From contig CAZJRY010000002.1 in the NCBI GenBank assembly GCA_964548625.1, forward strand, positions 28,206-92,205: a DNA stretch of 64,000 nt, read 5' to 3'. How positions within the stretch are numbered: position 1 is the stretch's first letter; the number at the start of each line of letters is the position of its first letter. This DNA comes from an uncultured Mediterraneibacter sp. GTDB lineage: Bacteria > Bacillota > Clostridia > Lachnospirales > Lachnospiraceae. This document shows positions 51,830-61,899 of the stretch, in pieces. The notes under the pieces were generated by a model. That model saw only the letters and a list, made by a program, of their open reading frames with translations. It did no database searches and was not told the DNA's origin. A program made the position numbers and the translations under genes.

Positions 51830-53224
51830 TTATTTCTTATTACTTTGCTCTTCCGCGGGGACGAAAACATACCCCGAATCTTTCTTCTGGTCAAACGCTT
51901 CCGTACTGTCCGACCGGAGCAGAGCCACCGCCGTCTGCAGGATAAGCTGAATATCCCGCAGGATACTGAACTGTTCGATATACATCATATCCATGATCAG
52001 CTTGTCCCGCGGCGATGTATTGTACTTTCCCGCGATCTGGGCATAACCTGTCAGGCCGGCTTTTACGCGCAGACGGTACCTGAATTCCGGAAGCTTCTCC
52101 GTATAATTCTTAACATTCTTGAGCATTTCCGGTCTCGGACCGACAAAGGTCATGTCCCCCTTAAGCACATTTAATAACTGGGGGAGTTCGTCGATTCTGG
52201 TCCTCCGTAAAAACCTGCCCGGCTTTGTGATGCGGTCGTCGTTTTTCTTCGCGGAATAGTTCTCTACATTTTCTCTCATTGTCCTGAGCTTGTACACATA
52301 GAAGCGGCGCCCGTGGATCGTCGCTCTCTCCTGCTTAAACAGGACCGGCCCACCGTCATACAGCTTCACAGCCAGAGCGCCCATGATCCAGAACGGGGAA
52401 CTGAGTATCCCCAGGAGCAGCGAAAGCCCAATATCAAGAACCCTCTTCGCGATACGCTGTTCCATCGTGAGACACTTAATGTTTTTATTAAACAGATAAA
52501 CGTCATCCAATACGTAATGTGTGGCATTCACTTCCATAATATCTTCCAGATACGGATTGAAATACACATTTACATTGTATTTATAGCAGAGTCTCATAAT
52601 TATGATCCTGCGCGCGGAAGGCACGTCATACATAAATACCGTGTCCGCATGCTTGATCCTTGCTTCTATCTCGCTGTCCCCGCTCCGGTAGTCCAACACC
52701 GATGAGATCTCATATTGTTTTTTGAAACGGCCCATTGCGTAGGCGATCATATCAAGACTCTCCTGAGACGACGTGATCACGCAGCACCGCTCAGGCTCAT
52801 GAAGCATGAAAAACAGGGCGTTTCCGCCATACGTAAATACAATGATTATAATAATCTGTATCGCGATCGTAATAATAAGCAGTTCAGGCCCCCGCAATTT
52901 AAATTCATGGATATTTGTATTTGCCCTCATGATCATGACCTGCAGATATGTGACTATATCCGTGCAGACCACGGCAAGGGATAATGAGAATATGATCGGC
53001 TTGCTCTTCCTTCTTCCCACATCATAAGTGCCATACACATTCAGGAGAAGCAGTCCGACGATCACAAACGTAAAGATCGTTGTACCCAGCGTACGGGACG
53101 GCCTGCGCAGACCGATGTTTTCCTGCTTCAGGATCACAATAAAGGCCGTCAGGAGCAGTACATACAACGCCATCTTTATCATAAGCCAGAGTGTCGATTC
53201 AAATTTGTGTAAATGTCCTTTCAT
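51830..53224 (-). CDS. Polyprenyl-phosphate glycosylphosphotransferase (WcaJ/CpsE/WbaP-type initiating transferase)
   Basis: N-terminal TM helices and a C-terminal bacterial sugar transferase domain (KRVLDI, YKLRTM, RRTRIDELPQLLNVLKGDMTFVGPRPE, AGLTGYAQI). Confidence 0.92.
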   Translation of the reverse strand: MKGHLHKFESTLWLMIKMALYVLLLTAFIVILKQENIGLRRPSRTLGTTIFTFVIVGLLLLNVYGTYDVGRRKSKPIIFSLSLAVVCTDIVTYLQVMIMRANTNIHEFKLRGPELLIITIAIQIIIIIVFTYGGNALFFMLHEPERCCVITSSQESLDMIAYAMGRFKKQYEISSVLDYRSGDSEIEARIKHADTVFMYDVPSARRIIIMRLCYKYNVNVYFNPYLEDIMEVNATHYVLDDVYLFNKNIKCLTMEQRIAKRVLDIGLSLLLGILSSPFWIMGALAVKLYDGGPVLFKQERATIHGRRFYVYKLRTMRENVENYSAKKNDDRITKPGRFLRRTRIDELPQLLNVLKGDMTFVGPRPEMLKNVKNYTEKLPEFRYRLRVKAGLTGYAQIAGKYNTSPRDKLIMDMMYIEQFSILRDIQLILQTAVALLRSDSTEAFDQKKDSGYVFVPAEEQSNKK

Positions 53225-53273
53225 TTACCCACCGCCATGACAAAATATAACATTCTTTTAATACACTTGTAAC

Positions 53274-53302
53274 ATTATATACGAATCGACATATTATTGC
53301 AA
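53274..53302 (-). promoter_or_regulatory. Sigma-A promoter for the initiating transferase-tagGH-LCP unit
   Basis: TTGCAA-N17-TATAAT on the minus strand. Confidence 0.7.
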
Positions 53303-53374
53303 GGATAAAGATGTGAAGAGATTTCGAATCCTTGAAGTCCTATTTACAAACAAAAGTTTTCCCTTCGTGGTTCT

Positions 53375-54433
53375 TTAATATTTTTTCATCTTCTTTCCCA
53401 GCAGAATGCCCAGATACCTTTCGAAAATATACGCCACGGGGATCAACGCGGCATATACAAGAGACGCCACAACGACAGGATGTTGTTCGAATATTTCTCT
53501 CGTCCTGTCTGAAACAACTTCTATAAAACGAAAGACAGGGGCATGGAACGCCAGATATACGATCGTATTCCGCCCGATAAATTTAAGAATCCTGAATTTG
53601 GGGAGCCGGACAGACAGGAGCATGAGCGCCGCGCTAAAACAAACGCTGGAACCCATAAACAAAATAAATGAGCCATACCGGTTTGCCGACATTGATATCT
53701 TTACATTGCTTCGCGCGCACAGGTACCCCGCCGCCAGACAAACGGCAAATATAAATACCTGTCTTTTGGTGCCTCCCAAAAAACGTTCCGCAGACTCTAA
53801 ATGACAAAGAAATAAATATCCGATCAAAAACATGACAAGCGCCACCGGAACAGTCCCGATATGCCACGGCAAATCAACCGCGTCTTTGTCCATCGAGCAG
53901 ACATATCCGATAGTGCCGATCACGGCTACCGCCAGAACCATGCTTTTTTCATCCCCCGAACTCCACTTTTGGATCAAGTAGAACAGCATAATTACCAGAA
54001 ATAACGTTGTAAGAAACCACAGTGCATTAGACGGCGCTTCTATATATTCTTCATTCGAATACAACACAGCGTACAGCTTATCGGAAAGAGCTGATTTACT
54101 GTGAGAAAGAATTTTAAAATTCAGGATCCATATGCCGAACGTCAGGACACTTAATGTTAAATAAGGCCATAGCAGTCCTCTGGCCTTATTTTTAACAAGA
54201 GCAGTAAAATCAAAGGATTTCGATCGCATTTGTAAATAATAGGATGCGCCCGAGATCATAAAAAAGAGCGGCATGTGAAACGCGTAAATATAGAATCTGT
54301 AATTATCCGGCGTATTGATATCAGTAGCATGCCCGATCACCACAAGATACATAGCTAAAGCCCGCAATACATCCAGCCATTCGATCCGCCCTGTTTTCCC
54401 TGCCGCGATCCCGGCAGGACTTTTCTCTTTCAT
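53375..54433 (-). CDS. Acyltransferase family 3 (O-acyltransferase)
   Basis: RIEWLDVLRALAMYLVVIGH, FHMPLFFMISG, LWFLTTLF, about 10 TM segments. Confidence 0.88.
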   Translation of the reverse strand: MKEKSPAGIAAGKTGRIEWLDVLRALAMYLVVIGHATDINTPDNYRFYIYAFHMPLFFMISGASYYLQMRSKSFDFTALVKNKARGLLWPYLTLSVLTFGIWILNFKILSHSKSALSDKLYAVLYSNEEYIEAPSNALWFLTTLFLVIMLFYLIQKWSSGDEKSMVLAVAVIGTIGYVCSMDKDAVDLPWHIGTVPVALVMFLIGYLFLCHLESAERFLGGTKRQVFIFAVCLAAGYLCARSNVKISMSANRYGSFILFMGSSVCFSAALMLLSVRLPKFRILKFIGRNTIVYLAFHAPVFRFIEVVSDRTREIFEQHPVVVASLVYAALIPVAYIFERYLGILLGKKMKKY

Positions 54434-54472
54434 ATTCGATTTCCCCCATCACTCTTATATCGGACAGATTTC

Positions 54473-55525
54473 TTACAATCTGCCGTTTTCTTTTTCAATC
54501 TCCAGATACCGGATCGTCCTGAGGAATCCTTCCTCGATTGTATAAAGAGGAGTCCATCCTGTTTTTCTCAGTTTGCCGCTGTCCAGTATGCCGAGGGTAA
54601 ACGGGGCGCACCCCTTTGTGCCGCCCTCCGGTATTTCCATCCTGACAGTCAAATGTTTCTCCGGAGTTATCTTTACAAGCAGTTCTGCCAGACCCCGTAT
54701 GGAGATTTTCGCGTTCTCATCGCCGATATTGTATACCATATCTTCTCCGTTCAGAAGGATCATGAACATCCCCGCGACCGCGTCGGCAATATATGTGTAT
54801 GTCCGGACCGGCAGGCCCTCGCTCTTCATCACAATATCTTCGTTGAAGAGGACATTTTTCAGGAAATCAGCCTGAACACGCCCGTCATAGACCGACATGC
54901 CGGGACCATATGTATGCGCAAGTCTCGCGACTTTAACGTTCAGCCCATACTGCGCCCGAAAGGACGCGCACATAGTCTCCGCTGCTTTTTTTCCTTCCGG
55001 ATAGCAGGATCTCGGATCGAGAGGATCCACAAAGCCATATGTGTCCTCTTTAAAAAATTCCTGGTCCTCAGATGGCTGTCCGTAGATTTCTCTGGACGAG
55101 ATAAACATATATCCCTCGGATTTTTTCGCGTGAGCAAGCTGCAGGGTATTAAATGTTCCCAGAACATTCGCGGCGATCGTTCCTACCGGATCATCTTTCA
55201 TGATCACGGGACTTGCAGGACTTGCCGCATGGATAATGTAGTGGATATCTCCTTTATAGTCCGCCGGTTCCGTCACGTCATGCGAGACAATCTCCACATT
55301 AGGATCTTTTCTGACATCCTCGCCTATCTTTTTTATATTTCTTACAACGCAGATAATATGTATATCCATATTATGGAGACTGTTAAGCGTCTGCAGGGTC
55401 CTTACGAAGTAAGACCCGACCATTCCGCTCGCCCCTGTCACCATCACTGTTTTTCCACGGAACTTTTCCCAGTTAATATTCTGTTTCACAATATTAACAA
55501 GGTCGTTTTCCAAAATCATATTCAT
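54473..55525 (-). CDS. Extended SDR (NAD-dependent epimerase/dehydratase family), candidate CDP-ketose reductase
   Basis: TGASGMVG, SSREIYG, YPEGK (YxxxK), directly downstream of the TarI-like gene. Confidence 0.8.
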   Translation of the reverse strand: MNMILENDLVNIVKQNINWEKFRGKTVMVTGASGMVGSYFVRTLQTLNSLHNMDIHIICVVRNIKKIGEDVRKDPNVEIVSHDVTEPADYKGDIHYIIHAASPASPVIMKDDPVGTIAANVLGTFNTLQLAHAKKSEGYMFISSREIYGQPSEDQEFFKEDTYGFVDPLDPRSCYPEGKKAAETMCASFRAQYGLNVKVARLAHTYGPGMSVYDGRVQADFLKNVLFNEDIVMKSEGLPVRTYTYIADAVAGMFMILLNGEDMVYNIGDENAKISIRGLAELLVKITPEKHLTVRMEIPEGGTKGCAPFTLGILDSGKLRKTGWTPLYTIEEGFLRTIRYLEIEKENGRL

Positions 55526-55537
55526 AATACAGCCTCC

Positions 55538-56263
55538 CTATCTCAATCCCAGAATCTGTTCGTTTTCTCTGTACTGCAGAAGCGCCCGCAATACATAGAA
55601 ATCCTCCGGCGTAGTAACTTTGATATTTCCCCGGTTTCCTTCTACGATATGGACCTCCCTGCCTAAATTCCGGTACAGATTGCAGGAATCCGCGATATCC
55701 TTGTATTCCGGATTTGTTTTTCTGGTTATTTCATGCGCATTTACAATCTCGCCAAGCCGGAAGCTCTGGGGAGCCTGCGCCGTAAACATATACTTTCTGA
55801 GAGGGATTTCCTCAACCTGCTCGCCGCTTCTGCTGACCACCGGTGTTTCAAAAAAAGGCGTACATGTAACCGCGCTTCCATATTTTTTTACGCTTTCGAT
55901 ATTTTTCTCGATCACTTCATCGCTTACAAAAGGACGCACCCCGTCATGCAGAAGCACGATGGAATCTTCCGGATTTTCTTTCAGCGCGCGCTTCAAACCG
56001 TTGTAGATCGAATCCTGTCCGGTAGCGCCGCCTTCCACTACGCCGCATACTTTCGTGATCCTGAAATAATCCAGCATGTGTTCGAGTTTTTTGATGTAAT
56101 CTTTTTTACAGGCAACATAGATCTTATCGATCATTGAATTAAGCTGAAAGTTATCGAGCGTATGGATAATGATCGGCTTTCCATTGATCTCCAAAAACTG
56201 TTTTGGCATGCCTGCGCCCATGCGGACTCCGCTGCCGCCCGCAAATATTATCGCTATGTTCAT
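55538..56263 (-). CDS. IspD/TarI family cytidylyltransferase
   Basis: IIFAGGSGVRMGAGMPKQFL, LLHDGVRPF, QAPQSF, NIKVTTPED. Context favours alditol-phosphate activation over IspD. Confidence 0.88.
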   Translation of the reverse strand: MNIAIIFAGGSGVRMGAGMPKQFLEINGKPIIIHTLDNFQLNSMIDKIYVACKKDYIKKLEHMLDYFRITKVCGVVEGGATGQDSIYNGLKRALKENPEDSIVLLHDGVRPFVSDEVIEKNIESVKKYGSAVTCTPFFETPVVSRSGEQVEEIPLRKYMFTAQAPQSFRLGEIVNAHEITRKTNPEYKDIADSCNLYRNLGREVHIVEGNRGNIKVTTPEDFYVLRALLQYRENEQILGLR

Positions 56264-56272
56264 TTTACCGCT

Positions 56273-59044
56273 TTACCTCTTTTCTGTCGTTTCGACACGC
56301 ATCTTGTCAATATCAATCTGGTGTTGGCTCTTCATGATCTCCCTGTATATTCTGGAGCAGTTTTCATGGTCGTCAAAAGCGAAGAAGTCGTCCGCCCTGT
56401 CTATATATTTCTGTTTCATCTGACACTTATTCTCCATGTATTCGCATAGTAAATCGACCAGTTCTTCTGTCTTTGTACAGATTTCCCCGAATCCCATTGT
56501 ATCGTAAAAGAAGATTCCGTCTTCATAATGCGCGGGAAGTTCCTCGGGATGAAAATATACGAGCGGTTTTCTCATATACGCGAAATCAAATTGGACACCC
56601 GAATAATCTGTCACCATCAGACTTGATTCCGTCAGGATCTTTTCATAACTCAGATCCCCGACGGAAGGGATCACTTCTACTCCCGGCGCGGGCGTAAAGT
56701 CGTTTACCTGTGAACTCAGGATCGGGTGCAGGAGAAATATGATCTTATATCCGTTCTTCTCCGCGTTTTGGATAAGCCTGTCATGATTGATAAGGCCGTT
56801 ATATACCTTATAATATTCCGTGTATTTGAATTCCGGATTATATCCTCTCTGTTCTCCCTCGCTTGTAGTAACCGGCAGTGCATTGTACATTCTCCATGTC
56901 GGTGAGATCAGTATCTGTTTTTTGTCACGGTTTATCAGTCCGTCATATCTCCCGATCCCCGTCAGTTTCAGGATGTCAAACCCCGCATATCCGTAAGCGT
57001 GTTTGCTTAAATTTTCATACTCATATTTAGACGCGAGAAAATACCCTGTTGTGTTATCTATGATCCTTCTCTGTGCCATAGCGCATTTCTGCACCGAAAG
57101 CCCGTGCTGAAGACACATGGATGAAAAGTTGCATATTCCTCTGAAAAACCTTGATCTGTCTTTCGTAAATCCGTTAAAGGGGAAAAGATGGGAATTCGTG
57201 ATCAATATAAGATCCGCGTTTAAAAATACCAGCTTATGCATCAATGTACCCGGTATCAGCGGCTTATATCCATCCGCCGTCAGTTTCTTGTAATCACTGG
57301 TGTCTTTATTGATCAGGTAATACCTTGTAACACCGTCATCCATGTTTGCCGTATATCTGTACAAATATTCGCAGCTATCGCCTCCTTTATATAGTTTATC
57401 GAGCATAAGCCATATTTTTTTCTTTCTGAAATAAGGACGGGTCAGGAAATATATCCATCTTAATCTCAGGGCTTCTCTGCTTTTTTTGCTGTTGATCCGC
57501 AGCAGATTCAGTTGGAACTGTACCTCACGCTTCAGAACATTACAGGCATTCGCCTTTTTAAACACGATCGAATTATCGGCATGGTGGCACAGATACCTGT
57601 TAAATCTCCAGTACGAATAGCGCGGAGATTTTGATAATTTCGCCCAGTGATCCGAGAATGCTATCCTTAACGGGAAAACTGCATTTTTATACCGGGCGTA
57701 AAATCTGACGTTCTGCTTTCTGAGCGCCGGATTCAACGCCAATTCAAGATGGTATGTGATTCTCCTGTACGCGGGGATACCGAAATACTTTGTCAATGAG
57801 TACGCGTCCGTATCTTGTATCCGGATCGCTTTCCCGTTAAATTCAGCATAAAAATCCACGTTTCCCTGCTGAAAAATGCTGATCAGAGATCCGTCGATCC
57901 ATACTTTCCCGGCAATATAATTCATCACTGTTATAGAGAAGTAATGTGAATTGACAGAAGATATTCTGTTCCCCTTATAATACATCACAAGGTCTCTTAC
58001 CCCTGTCTCCGGATCTGTTTCTACGACATAATCGTATCTCACACGATCAATGCCGTATTTTATCCTCAGGAACATACACAGGATCTGAGGGTTTTTGGAC
58101 AGATAGCCGATCCGGTCCTGATTGAGCAGATAATAATCGTCCACTTTTTCAAACACCGTACGCAAAAGGCCGAAAAATTCATCGGAATTTTCCTCTGTTA
58201 TCTGCTTTTTATTCCGATTATCAAGATTGCTCAAGAATCTGTTCAGCGTATAATATACTGCGTAATTCTGCAAAAAAGGACTCGGTGTGCCCGTCCCCAG
58301 AAGTGGAAGGAGGAAATGCTCCAGAGAATCCTGATACCACTGCGGGTAGTGAGCCGGCACATAATATAAAGGCTGATTTTCCTTTGGCTCGTGAAAATAG
58401 TACTCTGTTTCCCCGCAGACCAGATACTCTTTCTCGTCATTCAGCAGCCGCAGGAGCACATCATCTTCATATTCAAACATGATATCCGGATTAAACTTAT
58501 ATTTCTTCAGACATGACGTCCGGATAACCGCGCCGGGCAGCGCTGTCTGGAGCGCCCAGTAACATTCTCTCAGATCGATCCCGTATGTCCCTTTCACAAA
58601 CCGGTTACTGAAAGTACTCTGTTTCGGAGTCTCCGATACCAGAGGATTATCACAATAATTTTTGACAAACAGGACCTGCGCCTCTGCCGGGTCTGTTATT
58701 TTTCCGATATCTTCCCCGTCCGGTTCCTGCTGGGCTATATGGCCGTCTAAGACTTCCGATACCGTTCTGAGATAACCATCTCCCAGATGATCGCCCTCAT
58801 GCATGAATACCATAAAATCAGCCCTGCTGTCCCTTACTGCCAGATTATACCCTTCCTGCATTGTCTCTGCTTTCATAAATCTGACTGACTTCTTATACTT
58901 TTTTAAAGATTTAACTTCAGGCAGATCGCCTGCAGCGATAAGTGTTATTCTGTCATCCCTTCCGATCTGTTCTGTGACAGTTGACACTGTTCTTTCAAGC
59001 AATTCTGTGTTTCCGTAAAACGCAATTATAAATTCAAATCCCAT
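56273..59044 (-). CDS. TagF-family CDP-alditol:poly(alditol phosphate) transferase with N-terminal degenerate GT2-like domain
   Basis: C-terminal CLQHG, LTGIGRYDGL, ISPTWR, LLHP, MVTDYSGVQFDFAYMRKP. The N-terminal ~250 aa has a GT-A-like layout with no clear DxD motif. Confidence 0.82.
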   Translation of the reverse strand: MGFEFIIAFYGNTELLERTVSTVTEQIGRDDRITLIAAGDLPEVKSLKKYKKSVRFMKAETMQEGYNLAVRDSRADFMVFMHEGDHLGDGYLRTVSEVLDGHIAQQEPDGEDIGKITDPAEAQVLFVKNYCDNPLVSETPKQSTFSNRFVKGTYGIDLRECYWALQTALPGAVIRTSCLKKYKFNPDIMFEYEDDVLLRLLNDEKEYLVCGETEYYFHEPKENQPLYYVPAHYPQWYQDSLEHFLLPLLGTGTPSPFLQNYAVYYTLNRFLSNLDNRNKKQITEENSDEFFGLLRTVFEKVDDYYLLNQDRIGYLSKNPQILCMFLRIKYGIDRVRYDYVVETDPETGVRDLVMYYKGNRISSVNSHYFSITVMNYIAGKVWIDGSLISIFQQGNVDFYAEFNGKAIRIQDTDAYSLTKYFGIPAYRRITYHLELALNPALRKQNVRFYARYKNAVFPLRIAFSDHWAKLSKSPRYSYWRFNRYLCHHADNSIVFKKANACNVLKREVQFQLNLLRINSKKSREALRLRWIYFLTRPYFRKKKIWLMLDKLYKGGDSCEYLYRYTANMDDGVTRYYLINKDTSDYKKLTADGYKPLIPGTLMHKLVFLNADLILITNSHLFPFNGFTKDRSRFFRGICNFSSMCLQHGLSVQKCAMAQRRIIDNTTGYFLASKYEYENLSKHAYGYAGFDILKLTGIGRYDGLINRDKKQILISPTWRMYNALPVTTSEGEQRGYNPEFKYTEYYKVYNGLINHDRLIQNAEKNGYKIIFLLHPILSSQVNDFTPAPGVEVIPSVGDLSYEKILTESSLMVTDYSGVQFDFAYMRKPLVYFHPEELPAHYEDGIFFYDTMGFGEICTKTEELVDLLCEYMENKCQMKQKYIDRADDFFAFDDHENCSRIYREIMKSQHQIDIDKMRVETTEKR

Positions 59045-60722
59045 ATTTATCCCCTTCGCGGACTTTTTTAATGATCAGATCATCAATCAGACGGTCACAT
59101 GCGTTTGTCGTCTTTTCATCAAAAGAATCCTCTGCAAATTTATCTACTTTATCGATATCAAACGTCCCGTTATGTACCGTTCTTATGACATCTTCAAAAT
59201 CTTCACATACAACGCCCGGAGCCTCGTCCAGAGTCCTGTGTACACCTCTGGTCAACTGGTAGTAATCTTTATCGGGCGCGAAGAATATGATCGGTTTCCT
59301 TTGGAGGGAAAACTCATATATATTAGAAGAAAAATCCGTGATCAGGATTTCCGTCACATAGAACAGTTCGTTAATATCCTTTTCATCAGAAAAATCATAA
59401 ATAAATGATCTGTATTCCTCGCTGATCTCTATCTTCTGTGTTATAAAAGGATGCATCTTATACGCGAAAACATATGTGTCGCCGCAGAGTCTCCGGATCT
59501 GTTCTTCCGTCACCCATTCTACGGGATAATAAGCCTCGTCCTGCGTCTTCCCGCGAAAAGTCGGAGCGAACAAAATGAGCTTTTTCTTCTTCAGTTCCGG
59601 ATATTTTTCGTAGAATCCGTCCTTATAATCCCTGATCTTCCGCGGATCCATATAGCCGTCAAGCCTTGCCAGTCCGTAAGGCAGTATTGAATCCCTTGAA
59701 ATGCCGAACACTTCCTCGTATACGCCGATCAGCCCCTGCCCGCCCACAACAGCATAACTGTACTGTCTGTGACAGGAGTCTAACGGGAGCGGCGATCCTG
59801 TACGTCCGAACCTTGAATATCCGACAGACTTAAATCCCACACCCGCGTGCCAGAGCTGGACCAGTCTCGTCTCCGGCTTTAGATGTATTGTCTTAAATAT
59901 CGGGACATAATCATCGACAAATATAATGTCCTGCTTGGCGATCAGCCATAACAGGCGCGACCATGTCAGAAATGTTTTCCATTTGCTCTGCTGGAGCGTT
60001 CTGGAAAAAGAATAACTTATCTTATACTCCTTGTCCATGTTCCTTTGCTTCAGACGATCGTCCAGTGCCTTCAGATTACCTCCCATGGGGGTTCTTGTTT
60101 CCGAAAGGAGCAGGATATGTTTACCGTCCTTTCTCCTCACGGCAGCCAGAATATGATATGCCCTGTCGATCAGCGCCTTCAATACGACAAATAAAACCTT
60201 CCTGACCAGCGTGCTTACTCTCCGCGATTCGACAAGCAGATTGCGTCTGTCATTGCGTCTGTTCAGCATCATATACGAGGTATGCAGGGAGCACACCATT
60301 TCACTGTCACTGTCATCAATTCTAAGCTGCAGTTTGTTCTTTTTTGCTTTCCGGACCGTCTCAACCGTCTCTTTCAGATCTTTTACACTGAACGTAACCA
60401 CATAAGCATATATCTCACGGCCATACCGGAAAACCTTATCTAAACTTTCCAGTTTATATCCGCAGTCCGCGCGGATCCCGACCAACTGACATTTTTCATC
60501 TTTTTCAGCAAGGAAATACCATTTCCCGTTTTTCAGAAGCTTCGTCTCATCTATATTGACCATATTGATCACGCAGTTTCCGTCCGTCACTTCTAACAGA
60601 TATTTTTCATTTTTCAGGTCGCTGATATAGAAATCATAGCTGTTTACAGATTCGCCTTTAAAGATTATATGAAGATAAATATTATCCCAGAAAATATCTG
60701 TCACGCAGATATTGCCGCTCAT
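59034..60722 (-). CDS. TarL/TarK-like poly(alditol phosphate) polymerase
   Basis: QLWHAGVGFKSVGYSR, YGLARLD, FAPTFRG, KMHP, ITDFSSNIYEF. The N-terminal IFWDNIYL resembles staphylococcal TarL/TarK. Confidence 0.82.
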   Translation of the reverse strand: MSGNICVTDIFWDNIYLHIIFKGESVNSYDFYISDLKNEKYLLEVTDGNCVINMVNIDETKLLKNGKWYFLAEKDEKCQLVGIRADCGYKLESLDKVFRYGREIYAYVVTFSVKDLKETVETVRKAKKNKLQLRIDDSDSEMVCSLHTSYMMLNRRNDRRNLLVESRRVSTLVRKVLFVVLKALIDRAYHILAAVRRKDGKHILLLSETRTPMGGNLKALDDRLKQRNMDKEYKISYSFSRTLQQSKWKTFLTWSRLLWLIAKQDIIFVDDYVPIFKTIHLKPETRLVQLWHAGVGFKSVGYSRFGRTGSPLPLDSCHRQYSYAVVGGQGLIGVYEEVFGISRDSILPYGLARLDGYMDPRKIRDYKDGFYEKYPELKKKKLILFAPTFRGKTQDEAYYPVEWVTEEQIRRLCGDTYVFAYKMHPFITQKIEISEEYRSFIYDFSDEKDINELFYVTEILITDFSSNIYEFSLQRKPIIFFAPDKDYYQLTRGVHRTLDEAPGVVCEDFEDVIRTVHNGTFDIDKVDKFAEDSFDEKTTNACDRLIDDLIIKKVREGDKYGI

Positions 60723-61855
60723 ACACCAAATCCTCCGACACGTATGATAAAGTCCGACAGTCTGACCGTTGCGCTTTCTGTCTCACTGATATATTTCCCG
60801 ATAAATCTTTCGATTGCCCGCATATCAAAATCATCTCTTTCAATTGCCCGCATGATAACTGACGGATCCCCGGAGATCACGCCTTCCACTTCATCCTTAA
60901 ATGAGATAGCAAACCCTCTGTTTTCGGTATATCGGTCATAGTCAAAAACATAAAAACAAAGCGGCAGCTTTAAAATTCCCGCTTCATATACCACGCAGGA
61001 ATAGTCGCTGATCACATAGTCCGCGATAAACAGCGCGTCGAAAGTGGAGTATTCCTCTAATTTCCACACATGAACGCCTTCTATATCCACTCCGGACAAA
61101 GGATGAAACTTTACGATCAGTTCATATCCGTCCGGGAGACTGTTGATCAGCCCTTTCACCGCCTGCTCTGTCTGATGTTCGTCTTTCCTGAATGTCGGAC
61201 AATACAGAATCTTCTTTTTCGTGCGCAGTCCGGGATATTTTCCGTATATCTCTTCCTGTTTCCCGGATTTATATTCCGCGCTTTTCAACAAATCGTACCG
61301 GGGAAGCGGACAAATAAAAGCCTTGTCCTCGTCGCAGCCGAAACCGGCTGCCAGATGTGCTTTATAATTATCGGACGCGGCGATAAAGTAGTCATAATTC
61401 GCATGCATATGCATACACTCCGCTACTTTGCTGCTGCGTCCCTCCTCAGTGCCTACGGCAGTATATCCAAACAGCTTCATGGTTCCCATGGAATGCCACA
61501 TCTGAATGATCTTAAGACTTTTCCTATGATGTAATACACTGGCCGCAATACAATATGTATCAAGCACGACAACTTTCGACGTCGCCATATGATAGATCTG
61601 CCGAAACATATGCAGAGCATAACCGCACTTGCTGAACAATCCGGCCTCTGCCCCTCCGTCTAATGTCTTACATAAATATATTACTTTGATCTTTTCTTTC
61701 CTGTTTTGTATTTCAGAGCCCAGCAGACAAAAGTCTACTGAAGGCTCGTTGTTCTGTCTGGAAATCATTACGATTTTGTTTTTAACAGGAAACAATTTCA
61801 TGCACTGATAAAAAACCTGTAAAATTAAAATCCCAAGTTTTAATATGTATATCAT
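60719..61855 (-). CDS. TagB/TarB-like glycerophosphotransferase (linker primase)
   Basis: IVMISRQ, QMWHSMGTMKLFG, PRYD, YCPTFR, KFHP, ISDYSCVVYEA. Start placed at ATG 61855; the track start is TTG 61894. Confidence 0.8.
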   Translation of the reverse strand: MIYILKLGILILQVFYQCMKLFPVKNKIVMISRQNNEPSVDFCLLGSEIQNRKEKIKVIYLCKTLDGGAEAGLFSKCGYALHMFRQIYHMATSKVVVLDTYCIAASVLHHRKSLKIIQMWHSMGTMKLFGYTAVGTEEGRSSKVAECMHMHANYDYFIAASDNYKAHLAAGFGCDEDKAFICPLPRYDLLKSAEYKSGKQEEIYGKYPGLRTKKKILYCPTFRKDEHQTEQAVKGLINSLPDGYELIVKFHPLSGVDIEGVHVWKLEEYSTFDALFIADYVISDYSCVVYEAGILKLPLCFYVFDYDRYTENRGFAISFKDEVEGVISGDPSVIMRAIERDDFDMRAIERFIGKYISETESATVRLSDFIIRVGGFGV

Positions 61856-61899
61856 CTTAATTCCAACAAAAAAATCTGTTTTTCCTTTGTACAACTTTC

